Of a DNA stretch of 64,000 bases, positions 1 to 9,465 are shown in pieces. Source of the stretch: Nitrosarchaeum sp. (GTDB lineage: Archaea > Thermoproteota > Nitrososphaeria > Nitrososphaerales > Nitrosopumilaceae); assembly GCA_965223865.1 (NCBI GenBank), contig OZ245020.1, positions 864,001 to 928,000 on the forward strand. Reading direction: 5' to 3'. Position numbers and translations under genes: made by a program. Position 1 is the first letter of the stretch. Each line of letters opens with the position of its first letter. Below the pieces are notes generated by a model. The model was not told the origin of the DNA. It did no database searches and worked only from the letters and a program-made list of their open reading frames with translations.

Positions 1-52
1 AAGTTTAATTTCTGATTGATTTGATCATAATTTACGGTATGATGTATTGTAG

Positions 53-304
53 TTATTGTGATGGCACATCATAAACAAACAATGTGAGTGCAGAACGTAC
101 TCCATTTGTGTATCTTATCTTGGTTCTTACCGTTTCTTTTATTATTTCATTTGGAGCCCTTATCTGTACCAAGATGTCATAGATTCCCTGGATACGATTA
201 ACATCAGTTACGCCAGGGATTGTTCTTATCTTTTCTATGGTAGAATCCATCTGTTTCTCATCACAAGTAAGCAGCACAAAAGAATGTTCAACATTCTCAG
301 ACAA
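53..304 (-). CDS. Stand-alone Lrp/AsnC ligand-binding (RAM) domain protein
   Basis: SFVLLTC...IPGVTDVNRIQGIYDILVQI...IRYTNGVRSALTL pattern; TTG at 304 chosen as start (ORF is open to 346). Confidence 0.8.
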   Translation of the reverse strand: MSENVEHSFVLLTCDEKQMDSTIEKIRTIPGVTDVNRIQGIYDILVQIRAPNEIIKETVRTKIRYTNGVRSALTLFVYDVPSQ

Positions 305-364
305 TGTATGTATATGGATTTTAAAATAATTAAGAATTACAGACACTCTTGTACTACTCTAAGG

Positions 365-619
365 TTATCCTCCTTTGCTTAGTTCTGATTCTCTTATCAT
401 CTCGTCTTGTTCTTGCAGTGCCCTTGTGAGGTCCTTTCTTTCTTGCTTTGTTCCAGTACATGCGAACTTTCCTTGGTTGTATGAATAGTGAGCAGAACCA
501 TCAGAATTTTGCCACTGCAGTTTGTTGGTGTATGGGTGCTTGTAGTTTGACATTCTGCAAGTCAGAGTAGCACCACATGCAGAACAGACCATTGTCGCGC
601 CTTCCTTCTTTTCAACCAT
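365..619 (-). CDS. Small hypothetical protein with CxxC (MVEKKEGATMVCSACG...)
   Basis: ATG at 619 overlaps the restored stop of the upstream Zn-finger gene; 84 aa. Confidence 0.6.
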   Translation of the reverse strand: MVEKKEGATMVCSACGATLTCRMSNYKHPYTNKLQWQNSDGSAHYSYNQGKFACTGTKQERKDLTRALQEQDEMIRESELSKGG

Positions 620-852
620 CTTCTTTGTTTCCTGGAGATGATGCAGATAACATTTCACGAAGTTTCTTTTTGAATTTGGCACTTCGTGGTTTGAGTTCTG
701 AGCTTGAATCCGCAGCATGGGCAATACAGGCCTTCCCAATCAAGAAATATCTCGCACATCTGGCATCTTTTTTGGCCTATAGAGTATCTGAGAGGGCCCA
801 TGCCTCTTGGCGTAGCCTTGTACTTGTAGCATATAGCCTTGCATCCAACCAT
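612..852 (-). pseudogene. Thaumarchaeal small Zn-finger protein (CKxIC...CQMC...CPCCG) with a 1-nt frameshift near the 3' end
   Basis: Removing one base near 693 turns KLRTQTTK into KLRTKPRSAKFKKKLREM...EDG*, ending at 612 and coupled to the next ATG. Confidence 0.6.
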
Positions 853-1124
853 GATGACTCATTACATCTCTTTTGTTTTTATTACTTCTTTTAGCCTTGA
901 AATTTCATATTCCCAAAGTATCTTTGAGGTATGCAAGAAGACTGAGCAGTGCGGCAAATTAGACTATCCCAAAACCTATTGGACTAAGCAATGCGTCTTT
1001 TTTGGTAATCATGACTTAACTGTAATTTTGCAATGTAGTTGACTTTTCAGATCAAAAATTTTTCATACCATAGTATGATTCATGCACAAGATCTATAAAC
1101 CATAACTTTTGAAAAAACCACAAA

Positions 1125-1214
1125 TTGAATGAATCATCTGCATCATGCCCTAGCTGTATGATTGAGCATGCATCAGGAGTTGGATGTTCTTGTGACTGTC
1201 ATAAAGATAGATGA
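1125..1214 (+). CDS. Putative 29-aa Cys/His-rich microprotein (MNESSASCPSCMIEHASGVGCSCDCHKDR)
   Basis: Translated by hand; CxxC...H...CxCxCH; TATA-like ctataaac about 30 nt upstream. Confidence 0.45.
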   Translation: MNESSASCPSCMIEHASGVGCSCDCHKDR

Positions 1215-1283
1215 TAATATCCTTTGCGAATAATTTCTCAACACCGGTTTTAATGTAGAATCCTAAAGCATCTCTGTTAAACA

Positions 1284-1508
1284 ATGCAAATGGCACATAT
1301 ACTAGTAAAATGTGATGATGGAAAAGAAGAGGTACTTGATGATATCAGATCAATTAATGAAGTCAGTGAAATGGAAAAGACATTTGGGGCATACAATGCA
1401 GTAATAAAGATAGAAGCAGAGTCAATTCAAAAAATCAAAAACATAATGGCAAACAAGATACGAAACAGACCTGGAATCCTAAGTACTCTAACTTTGGTTA
1501 CGTCATAA
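1284..1508 (+). CDS. Stand-alone Lrp/AsnC ligand-binding domain protein
   Basis: AHILVKC...TFGAYNAVIKI...IRNRPGILSTLTL. Confidence 0.85.
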   Translation: MQMAHILVKCDDGKEEVLDDIRSINEVSEMEKTFGAYNAVIKIEAESIQKIKNIMANKIRNRPGILSTLTLVTS

Positions 1509-1668
1509 TTGATTGAAATAAAATAATTCTGATTTCTCAGTAAGAGCTATAAGCAAAGATCCTCGCTACCTTATGATGGCATCTGAATCTATTCCCATGT
1601 GGTGGGAAGGACTGGAGAAATTAGAGTCTGACATTGAATGTGAAGCAGACCGTTGAATACTGGTTAAA

Positions 1669-2704
1669 TTATTTTGGATAGTATAACTTTGTGAAGATAA
1701 AGTGCCCAAGCTCCAGTATCGCATCTTCTGCATCCTTGCCTGAAAGATGCACATATTTTTTTACCATGTCCGAACCAGGACTCCAGTTTCCATAGACGCG
1801 AAGTGTCTGGTCTGAGAGTTTCTTTGATAGTATGGTAAGCTGCGAGTGTCTGAACAAATAGTTCCAGACGCGTCTCTTAATTTCAGCTTTTGCAGTGCAG
1901 CGCTTGAGCTGCTCTCTTAGATATCCATATGAGACCTGTCTAGTTTTTGATTTGGGGGAGTATGAATACCACAAGGGTGCATGCGGATCATCTCGCAGCG
2001 GATGGTCATGCATCCATTCAAGCAACGGCTTGAAGGATACCACCAGCAACACGCTTGTTTCCTGTCTTTCCATGGGTGCTTAGCAGAACATAGTTTTCCT
2101 TAAACTCCACTCCTCCCACTTTCAGGTTTAGCAGCTCACCTGGTCTGAATGCACCTTCAAACATTGACCAAAACATTGCACGGTCACGTCTGTTTGTTGT
2201 TTTGCTGATAATCTGCTGTATCTCCTGTATGTCTAACAGATCCTCTGATCTGATCTTTTCTTCCTTGCTGTTGTACTTGCTTGGCTTTATCCAGGAAACT
2301 TCTTTGCAGTATCCGTCATCTCTGTTTCCTATCTCGTCTTTTTTTGCATAGTGCACCAGTCTTAGCAGAGTCAGTGCAAAGGCCTGTCTGCTTTCACCAC
2401 CATAGTCTCTTGAGAGGATATCTGACAGTACTGTCTCACAGTCTTTTTTTGTCGCATCTGCAAGTCTGACATTTATCTTCTCAAATGCCTCAAGCAACGG
2501 CCTTATTCTGTCGCCATACACCGATATCCTGCCGTCTGACAATCCAAACAACTTTAGCTTTTCTAGGAACTGAATTCCAATGTCACCATCCTTGCATTGC
2601 AGCAAACGATTCTTGGCATATTGGATTCTACGCCAATACCTGTGAATATCAATTGGTCCAGTGTTGTATGGCTTTTCCTGTGTTTGGTTTTTCTGATTGC
2701 TCAT
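1669..2704 (-). pseudogene. Tyrosine recombinase/integrase (archaeal SNJ2/XerD-like), frameshifted at about 2050
   Basis: N-half has FEGAFRPGELLNL (catalytic R) and GKTG (K); C-half has YLFRHS, YGNW and KKYVHL (catalytic Y); the halves join as GKTGNKRV-LLVVSFKPLLEW if 2 nt are restored. Confidence 0.85.
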
Positions 2705-2791
2705 CCTCTCTTCAAAAAAACATTGAGCATTTTGACTTAAGGTCAATTTTTTTCCCGATTTTAGGGGTGGGTGTGCAATCTTACTTGTGTA

Positions 2792-2906
2792 TGCCGGGGG
2801 CGAGTTTCGAACTCGCGACCTCCAGATTATGAGTATTGCCTTAGTTGGAGAACCGCTAGAGTTTACCAAATGAACTGGCACTCTAACCCGGCTGAGCTAC
2901 CCCGGC
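2792..2906 (-). tRNA. tRNA-Met(CAT), probably the elongator, with a 40-nt intron (2835-2874) at non-canonical position 30/31
   Basis: Acceptor GCCGGGG/CCCCGGC-A; D-arm GCTC/GAGT; spliced anticodon arm CCAGA-CTCATAA-TCTGG; T-arm GCGAG-TTCGAAA-CTCGC; bulge-helix-bulge TGCC-AGT / GGCA-ATA. Confidence 0.92.
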
Positions 2907-2967
2907 ATGTTATATGGCTAAAAATTTGGGAAATTAAATGCTACGTATGCAATTTTAATTGAATTTT

Positions 2968-4635
2968 TTATTGTTTTATAATTTCTAACCAATTCAATTT
3001 TTCATTTTGAACCCAAAGGAATTTTTTCTGAAGAGCTGATGTGTACAATTTCTCCCATTCAGCACCAACCTCATCTGTCCAAGACTTGAATACGCGTGGG
3101 TCAATATAGTTTCTAAGTGAAGTTCCCAGATTATAGTCTCTCGTCTTTTCAGATAGTTCAATTTGCAGCTTTAATTTCTCGATTCTTTCTTTGTGTTTTG
3201 TTTTTTGCTTTTTGATTTGTCCATTGAGTGTCTTGATCCTTTTTTCTTTGTTCTTCTTCTGTGTTTCAGTTTTTGGCTGAGAAACTTCTACTTTTTTTAA
3301 GGTCTCTTGGGTTTTTACCCAAGGCTTGTCTTTGTCTATTTTTTTGAGAGTGTCTTTTTTCTTTTGTAGTGATTGCTCAAAAGTCTTGGGAATTGTTCTT
3401 TTGTGATTACACATTACAGCTGCTTCCAAATTTGCAAGTTTTGCATGGTAAAGTTTCTCATTTGCAGTTTTCATTTTAATATTGCTATGATCTTTAAGAT
3501 AGTTTTTAACTACAGTAGTTGCTAAATATGTTCTGAAAACTTTGGCAGTTAATCCCTTTACTATACTAGAGTAGTATGCATTAACATGTCTTGATGTAAT
3601 GTCATGAAAAATTTCGTCTTTAGGTTTTTTGTTTTGAATTAATTTTTTTAGATTTTCTTGAAATTGTTTGTCGTGTCCTTCTGCTTTTACTGTCTCTTGC
3701 CATCTTACGCTATCTTTTCCCAAAAAGTCAAACTCTATTGTGTTTTCAGTAATTTTGATATGTTCATTTCTTAATGTTGTAGCACCAACAGTATCTGCCT
3801 CATCTGGATCCTTTTCATCTCCTACTCTCATTGCAGTCCTGTAGATGAGATAGCATGCAGTAGCAATCCTGCTAATTTTTGGATCTTTACTTTTCATGTC
3901 TTTTACAATTCTGTCTTTTATTTTTTCAATCTCTTTTGACAAATTAACTGCCTTTTCGTATTTTGCCTTGTCTCTATCTTGTTTTAGTCCTGCAGTATCT
4001 GCCAACCATACATACTTTCTTTTCTGAGTCAAAAAATCTGTCCAACCTGCAAGCCACATTGAATCTCTGTCATGAATAATCTTTCCCCAGTCTCCTTCAG
4101 GAACTTTGGCTTCTTTTCCTAGATTCAAAGTTACATCTTTTGGAGTGACTCTGGGTTTCCATCTACCACGTAATGGATGCTCCCCCCTCCCAATGAAAAT
4201 TCCTGGGGGTTCAGCCATGTAGTTTGCAACTTCAACTTCTTTGCCATCCATTATTGCAATTCCGAATTTTTCTTTGAGTTTTTCACGTAGTTCTTTTCGT
4301 TTTGCTGCAAGTGCCTTTTTTTCTTCTTTTGACATCATCTCCTTGAGATCTTTTTCCTTGTCTACTATCTTGTAGGCTGAAGAAAAATCAATGTCTTCAT
4401 ATGAAATATTTTTCAATTTTGATGGAAGGGTTTTTGCAAAATCTGTAGCAAAGTTCTTCTGAAAAACCTTGTCTTGAGAATATGGTGTATCTTTCTTTTT
4501 TGCCCATTGGTAGACCATTTCTTCTTGGTTTACATCTAGTTCTATGCTTTCTCCTTTGATCTTTACCTTAATTCCCTGTTTCTCATAGGCAGGTGGGAAC
4601 AATATCCCATTATGTTGTAGTGTTTTCCATTTCAT
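2968..4635 (-). CDS. top1: DNA topoisomerase IB (eukaryote-like, thaumarchaeal)
   Basis: KWKTLQHNG, EPPGIFIGRGEHP, RVGDEK, FLGKDS, KVFRTY, CNHKR, SLRNYIDPR. Confidence 0.95.
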   Translation of the reverse strand: MKWKTLQHNGILFPPAYEKQGIKVKIKGESIELDVNQEEMVYQWAKKKDTPYSQDKVFQKNFATDFAKTLPSKLKNISYEDIDFSSAYKIVDKEKDLKEMMSKEEKKALAAKRKELREKLKEKFGIAIMDGKEVEVANYMAEPPGIFIGRGEHPLRGRWKPRVTPKDVTLNLGKEAKVPEGDWGKIIHDRDSMWLAGWTDFLTQKRKYVWLADTAGLKQDRDKAKYEKAVNLSKEIEKIKDRIVKDMKSKDPKISRIATACYLIYRTAMRVGDEKDPDEADTVGATTLRNEHIKITENTIEFDFLGKDSVRWQETVKAEGHDKQFQENLKKLIQNKKPKDEIFHDITSRHVNAYYSSIVKGLTAKVFRTYLATTVVKNYLKDHSNIKMKTANEKLYHAKLANLEAAVMCNHKRTIPKTFEQSLQKKKDTLKKIDKDKPWVKTQETLKKVEVSQPKTETQKKNKEKRIKTLNGQIKKQKTKHKERIEKLKLQIELSEKTRDYNLGTSLRNYIDPRVFKSWTDEVGAEWEKLYTSALQKKFLWVQNEKLNWLEIIKQ

Positions 4636-4710
4636 TTATCATCACTTGAAAATTGCGGACTTTGACAAAAACTGGATTCTATGTGTATATCAAGTTACCG
4701 TAGGTATCAA

Positions 4711-5541
4711 TCAACTAGGAAATAGCTCTTTGCTCATGTATTTTTCAAATTCAAGGTCTGTCTTCATCTTTTTTGCCTCCATAAACATTGCCGCATCAGT
4801 TCCTACTATGTATCTGGGGAGGATCTCCTTGTCATGTATTGCCTTGAGGACCATTTCGGCAACTTGGACAGGTTCAGTTCCCATCTCTGCCATCATCTTA
4901 AGACCTGCAAGAATGTGTTCTGTAAGTTCTTTATATTTAGGATCTACTTTTGATTCTGGAATCCTCATTGAATCAAAAAAGTTAGTTTTGATTACCCCTG
5001 GCTCTATCATTGTTGTTTTGATTCCAAACATTCCAAGCTCATATCTCAAACATTCGCTTAGGCCTTCTAACGCAAATTTTGTACTGATATAAGCCGGTGA
5101 TCCAGGTAATCCCATTCTTCCTGCAACTGAGCTAATATTTACTATAATTCCGGAATTTTGTTTTCTCATTATTGGTGCCACTTCTTGAATAATTCTTATG
5201 ATGCTAAAGAAGTTGGTCTCAAACTGTTTTCTAAAGTCTTCAATAGAAACATCTTCAGTACAACCAAATTGACCATATCCTGCATTGTTTACCAAAACAT
5301 CAATTCTTCCTGAATCTGTAACTATCTTCTTAATAGCAGATAAGATGGATTCTTCTTTATCTACATCAAGATCTATTACTTCCATTGAAAGATTTTCATT
5401 TTTTGCAATCTCTTTTAGCTTTTGACCTTTATTGATGTCTCTCATACTTGCAAAAGTCTGATATCCATCTCGTGCAAGCGCTAATGATGTTTCATATCCT
5501 ATACCAGATGAACTGCCTGTTACAAGGGCTACCTTATGCAT
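4711..5541 (-). CDS. Short-chain dehydrogenase/reductase
   Basis: TGSSSGIG, NNAG, YISTK. Confidence 0.92.
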   Translation of the reverse strand: MHKVALVTGSSSGIGYETSLALARDGYQTFASMRDINKGQKLKEIAKNENLSMEVIDLDVDKEESILSAIKKIVTDSGRIDVLVNNAGYGQFGCTEDVSIEDFRKQFETNFFSIIRIIQEVAPIMRKQNSGIIVNISSVAGRMGLPGSPAYISTKFALEGLSECLRYELGMFGIKTTMIEPGVIKTNFFDSMRIPESKVDPKYKELTEHILAGLKMMAEMGTEPVQVAEMVLKAIHDKEILPRYIVGTDAAMFMEAKKMKTDLEFEKYMSKELFPS

Positions 5542-5583
5542 GTTGTTACTGGATTTTTGTTATATTTATCCCATTTTGATTTG

Positions 5584-8097
5584 TTATACTAGAGGTCTGT
5601 CTCCCTTTGTTGCATCAATTAATTCTGTTTTTTCACCTTGATTGATCCTACGAAGAACTTCAAGCGAAGAATATTTGTGCAAAAATTCATTATTGTTTCC
5701 GCATCTATATGAAAATGTACAGCGTGGGCATCCTGCTTCATTTTTGCATGGACATTCTTTTACAATGAACATACTTCTCTCAAGGGCCTTTTCAAATCTG
5801 TCATAAAGTGCCTTACTTGCTCCATTTCCACCAATAGCACCATCATAGATGAAGATCAAACCAGATGTACCAAGTGAAATTCCTCCCAAATCTTGAGATA
5901 CTCCTCCAGTAATCATGTTGCTTCCTTCAATCACTACATGTTCTGTTGCATGATAGCCGCTAGCCTCAGTATATTCTTCGTCATTTGCCTTTTGGATTTC
6001 TTCGAGAGGTCTTGGGGCATGAAAGACTATTCCCTTTGTTACAAAATCATATTCTAATGGATAATCAAGTAGTACTTTTTGACCTTGGGTAATTTCTTGT
6101 CCCAATTCAATATTGACATAACCATAAACTTTTTTCTGAATGTGAAGCTTACAAAATGCAACTTCCAAACCAAACACTCTTCTTCTTTCAAATATAGTTT
6201 CGATTGTAGGCCATTCCTCTGTTAATGATTTTGTATAATATGGATAGTCTTTTGGGATCCTCTCAAGCTTTGCATAGTTTTTCTCTGGATATCTAAATTC
6301 TTTCACTCGATAACGTGTTCCAGCTAGAAAATAAATTGCATCCTTGTGAAGTTCTTCTAATGCAATTGGAAGAATTCTATCACCTACTTTTTTATCATTT
6401 AAGAAAATATCAACTGATTTTCCAATTCCTCTGATGCTGTAATCATTTAACATTGAACCAATTTTATCAAAATCTGGAATTATTCTGTTATTGAATAAAA
6501 CCAAGTTTTTTTTCAAAAGATGATAGTCAATTACATCTTGATGTTCCTTTAACTCGTGTTTTGATATTGGCTTGTCACATGCCATTGATAAAACTTGAAA
6601 TTCTTCAACGAAAGGATTTTTTGGATCAATGTATGTTCTTTCAACATCTTCAAAATAATCATCTGGATGGTTCTTGTAGTATTGAGATATGGGATCGTTT
6701 CCAAGCGTCAAAAATGCATATCCCCTCTGGGCTTTTCTTGCAGCTCTTCCAATTCTCTGAATTAATCTGTTTACTGGTATTGTTGATGAAATTACACAGT
6801 CAACGTTTCCAACATCTATCCCAAGCTCAAGAGTTGGAGTACATGAAATGGCAGGTAATACATCTTCTTTGAAATCTCTTTCTACTGCTTTTCTGTAATT
6901 AGCCATTAGTCCTGCCCTGTGAACCTTGATGTTGATTTTTTGTTTTCTAGCCTGGATTGCCAAAAGCTCAGAGTTTAGGTGGGAATTGTTAAAGACCATC
7001 GTTTTGTGATTTTTATCAGTCATTTTTTTTGTCAAATCTACCATCAATGCTCTCTGAGTTCGAAGTGATGGAAAAAGCATAACAAAATCGGTTTGTCCTT
7101 TTTTGCCCGACCCATGAATTAGATTCATTTTTTCTCCAAACAACTGTTGACAAAAGTCTTGTGCGTCTTCAAGGGTAGCTGATGCTGCCACAAATTGAAT
7201 TTTGTTTCTGCAAATTCTCTTGAGTCTTTTAATTATATAATGAACATTTGAACCAAAAATTCCAGAGTAAACATGTGCTTCATCTACAATCAATATTTTG
7301 AGTGTTGAAAGTAACGAGGCAAACTTTGTTTGATGCCATAAATGGTAATGTATCACATCAAAATTTGTAACAAGAATCTGTGGCGGATTTTCAAGAATTT
7401 CTCTTCTTTCATTTTGTTTTGTATCTCCATCAAATACTCTCACATGCACTCCGATTTTTTCTGCAAATTTTTGGATTTTTGGATACTGATCACGTGAAAG
7501 AGCCTTTGTAGGATATACAAAAACAGCATAAACCTTCGAAGAATCTTGTATTTCTTTTTTGATCTTTTGAATCACAGGAATCAAAAATGCCTCAGTTTTA
7601 CCTGATGCCGTTGGTGCTTCTATTACTATATTTTCTCCAAATGAAATTTCTTGTATTGACTCTTCTTGGAATTTATAAAACTGCTTTATTCTTATCTCTT
7701 TAAGATGATTTGTTATGGATTCGTCTAGCCCAATATCTTCTACTTTACATCCCATTTCAGGATCAGGGGTTTTCAGAATTTTATATTGTGATATATAGTC
7801 CTTTTTTGAATAAAGAATTGATTTTGTAACGATATCAGGCTTTTTTTTGCCAATCAACTCTTTGATTTCAACTTCGTCTCTAACTATTCCTTCGTCTTTG
7901 AGATTATTCGCAATTCCTTTTTCAGTTACAAGCCCTTCGTCAAATCTTGATAAAAATTCTAAAAATACTTCGTCAATGTTTTTTGAAAATTCTAACAGAT
8001 CTTCAATACCGCAATTATCACATGAAATATGTATTTTTTTGTTGAAAGTTTTTTGAATTTCAAGTTTTGATTTACATTTGGGACAAGAGAATTTCAC
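5584..8097 (-). CDS. DEAH-box helicase with C-terminal DUF1998 Zn domain (Hrq1/MrfA/SftH family) and N-terminal Zn ribbon
   Basis: APTASGKT, DEAH, ASAT, LELGIDVG, QRIGRAAR, CPCKNEAGCPRC...C; N-terminal CPKC/CDNC. Confidence 0.9.
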   Translation of the reverse strand: MKFSCPKCKSKLEIQKTFNKKIHISCDNCGIEDLLEFSKNIDEVFLEFLSRFDEGLVTEKGIANNLKDEGIVRDEVEIKELIGKKKPDIVTKSILYSKKDYISQYKILKTPDPEMGCKVEDIGLDESITNHLKEIRIKQFYKFQEESIQEISFGENIVIEAPTASGKTEAFLIPVIQKIKKEIQDSSKVYAVFVYPTKALSRDQYPKIQKFAEKIGVHVRVFDGDTKQNERREILENPPQILVTNFDVIHYHLWHQTKFASLLSTLKILIVDEAHVYSGIFGSNVHYIIKRLKRICRNKIQFVAASATLEDAQDFCQQLFGEKMNLIHGSGKKGQTDFVMLFPSLRTQRALMVDLTKKMTDKNHKTMVFNNSHLNSELLAIQARKQKINIKVHRAGLMANYRKAVERDFKEDVLPAISCTPTLELGIDVGNVDCVISSTIPVNRLIQRIGRAARKAQRGYAFLTLGNDPISQYYKNHPDDYFEDVERTYIDPKNPFVEEFQVLSMACDKPISKHELKEHQDVIDYHLLKKNLVLFNNRIIPDFDKIGSMLNDYSIRGIGKSVDIFLNDKKVGDRILPIALEELHKDAIYFLAGTRYRVKEFRYPEKNYAKLERIPKDYPYYTKSLTEEWPTIETIFERRRVFGLEVAFCKLHIQKKVYGYVNIELGQEITQGQKVLLDYPLEYDFVTKGIVFHAPRPLEEIQKANDEEYTEASGYHATEHVVIEGSNMITGGVSQDLGGISLGTSGLIFIYDGAIGGNGASKALYDRFEKALERSMFIVKECPCKNEAGCPRCTFSYRCGNNNEFLHKYSSLEVLRRINQGEKTELIDATKGDRPLV

Positions 8098-8205
8098 AAT
8101 ATATCAAAATGATTTGTAATAATTCGTGATTTATTGTTTGAGTAGTATGTTGTTGATTTTGAGTTTCACGACATTATTAAAGTGGGTTTCTGTCCTTTTT
8201 TTAAA

Positions 8206-8979
8206 TTGAAAAAAATTGAGATTAATAAAATTTATAATTCAAATTGCATAGAAGGAATGAAGTCTATTCAAAAAAGTAAGATTGATTTGATTATTACAGA
8301 TCCTCCTTTTGCAATTAATTTTAAGGCTAAAAAAGCAAATTATAACCGACTTTCCTCACGAGTCATGTCAGGATATAGTGAGATCAAGGCTAAAGACTAC
8401 TATGATTTTACATTCGATTGGATGAGTCAGGCATTTCGAATCCTTAAAAAATCTGGAAGCATGTATGTTTTTTCTGGCTGGAACAACCTCAAAGATATTC
8501 TAAGGGCATTAGATGATGTAGGCTTTACAACTATTAATCACATTATATGGAAATATCAGTTTGGAGTTGTTACAAAAAAAAAGTTTGTCACATCTCATTA
8601 TCATTGTCTTTATGTTTGCAAAGATGACACTAAACGAAAGTTTTATCCATTTACAAGATTTAAAAAAAATTCTAAAACAAAAGAAGGTCGTAGCTTACAC
8701 TATAAAGATAAAGAAGATGTTTGGGAAATCAAAAGAGAATATTGGACTGGAGATGAAAAAACTCCGACCAAACTTCCTGCTGAATTAATTGAAAAATTAT
8801 TACAATATTCTAGTAAAAAAAAAGATATTGTTTTAGATCCTTTTCTTGGTTCTGGTCAGGTTGCAGTTGTTAGTAAATTAATGGGTAGACAATTCTTGGG
8901 ATTTGAAATTGTCCCAGAATATTTCAAATTTGCAAAAAAACGACTAGACAAAAACTTGTATCGTATAAAATCTGATTAG
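8206..8979 (+). CDS. Orphan N4/N6 (beta-class) DNA methyltransferase
   Basis: Motif IV TDPPF precedes motif I VLDPFLGSG; PTKLP; no adjacent endonuclease; TTG at 8206 likely start. Confidence 0.9.
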   Translation: MKKIEINKIYNSNCIEGMKSIQKSKIDLIITDPPFAINFKAKKANYNRLSSRVMSGYSEIKAKDYYDFTFDWMSQAFRILKKSGSMYVFSGWNNLKDILRALDDVGFTTINHIIWKYQFGVVTKKKFVTSHYHCLYVCKDDTKRKFYPFTRFKKNSKTKEGRSLHYKDKEDVWEIKREYWTGDEKTPTKLPAELIEKLLQYSSKKKDIVLDPFLGSGQVAVVSKLMGRQFLGFEIVPEYFKFAKKRLDKNLYRIKSD

Positions 8980-9329
8980 CTTTTTTGATTGTTTTCAGGA
9001 TCATCGATCTTTTTTTGGCCAATTTTATTTGAAATGATCTTTCTCAACTCATCATCTGATTTTTCATCTATTTTTACTCCTAGTGATTTTGCAATCATTT
9101 CAAGTTTCTGTCTTTCGTTTTCTACCGGCCGTGAAACATCAAGGTTATGATTAGTAACATCTTTCATGTGGTTTTGAACTTCATCTTTTGCCTTTTTGTA
9201 TTCGTTAACTGCTTTTCCTAATTTTCTTGCAGCCCCTGGTAGCTGATTAGTTCCCAAAATCAATACTAGTGCTACAAAAATTATGATTATCCATTCACTA
9301 CCTACAATGTTTAATGAATAATCAAACAT
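8976..9329 (-). CDS. tatA: Twin-arginine translocase TatA/E family subunit
   Basis: GSEWIIIIFVALVLILGTNQLPGAARKLGKAVNEYKKA. Confidence 0.85.
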   Translation of the reverse strand: MFDYSLNIVGSEWIIIIFVALVLILGTNQLPGAARKLGKAVNEYKKAKDEVQNHMKDVTNHNLDVSRPVENERQKLEMIAKSLGVKIDEKSDDELRKIISNKIGQKKIDDPENNQKS

Positions 9330-9465
9330 ATCCTAGAATGTTCTTATTTGAAATTAAATCTAATGTCGGAGATTTGTGCCTAAATCTGCACTTTTTTTGT
9401 ATTTCTAAAAATCAATAGGGAGAATATCAATATTAATTTAAAGAACATCTGATTACAGTCTAAAC

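Larger units (their letters stand above)
1..2791. mobile_element. Right end of a tRNA-Met-integrated element (integrase plus small cargo genes); left boundary outside the window
   Basis: Tyrosine integrase starts 88 bp past the tRNA 3' end; the integrase is visibly more GC-rich than the core; two frameshifted genes; no second copy of the tRNA 3' end seen in 1-2790. Confidence 0.7.

Noticed and set aside
2705-2881. N-terminal extension of ORF 2018-2881 and ORF 2771-2962
   Set aside because: Both overlap the tRNA-Met gene; the integrase start is more plausibly the ATG at 2704
4646-5092. Long antisense ORFs (also 22145-22537, 29621-30055, 30075-30545, 38707-39231, 48664-49098 and others)
   Set aside because: Shadows of well-supported genes on the opposite strand, with no recognisable motifs
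5584-8979. DISARM- or Druantia-like defence system (DUF1998 helicase plus MTase)
   Set aside because: Genes are divergent, no other defence components are present, and the flanks are core genes
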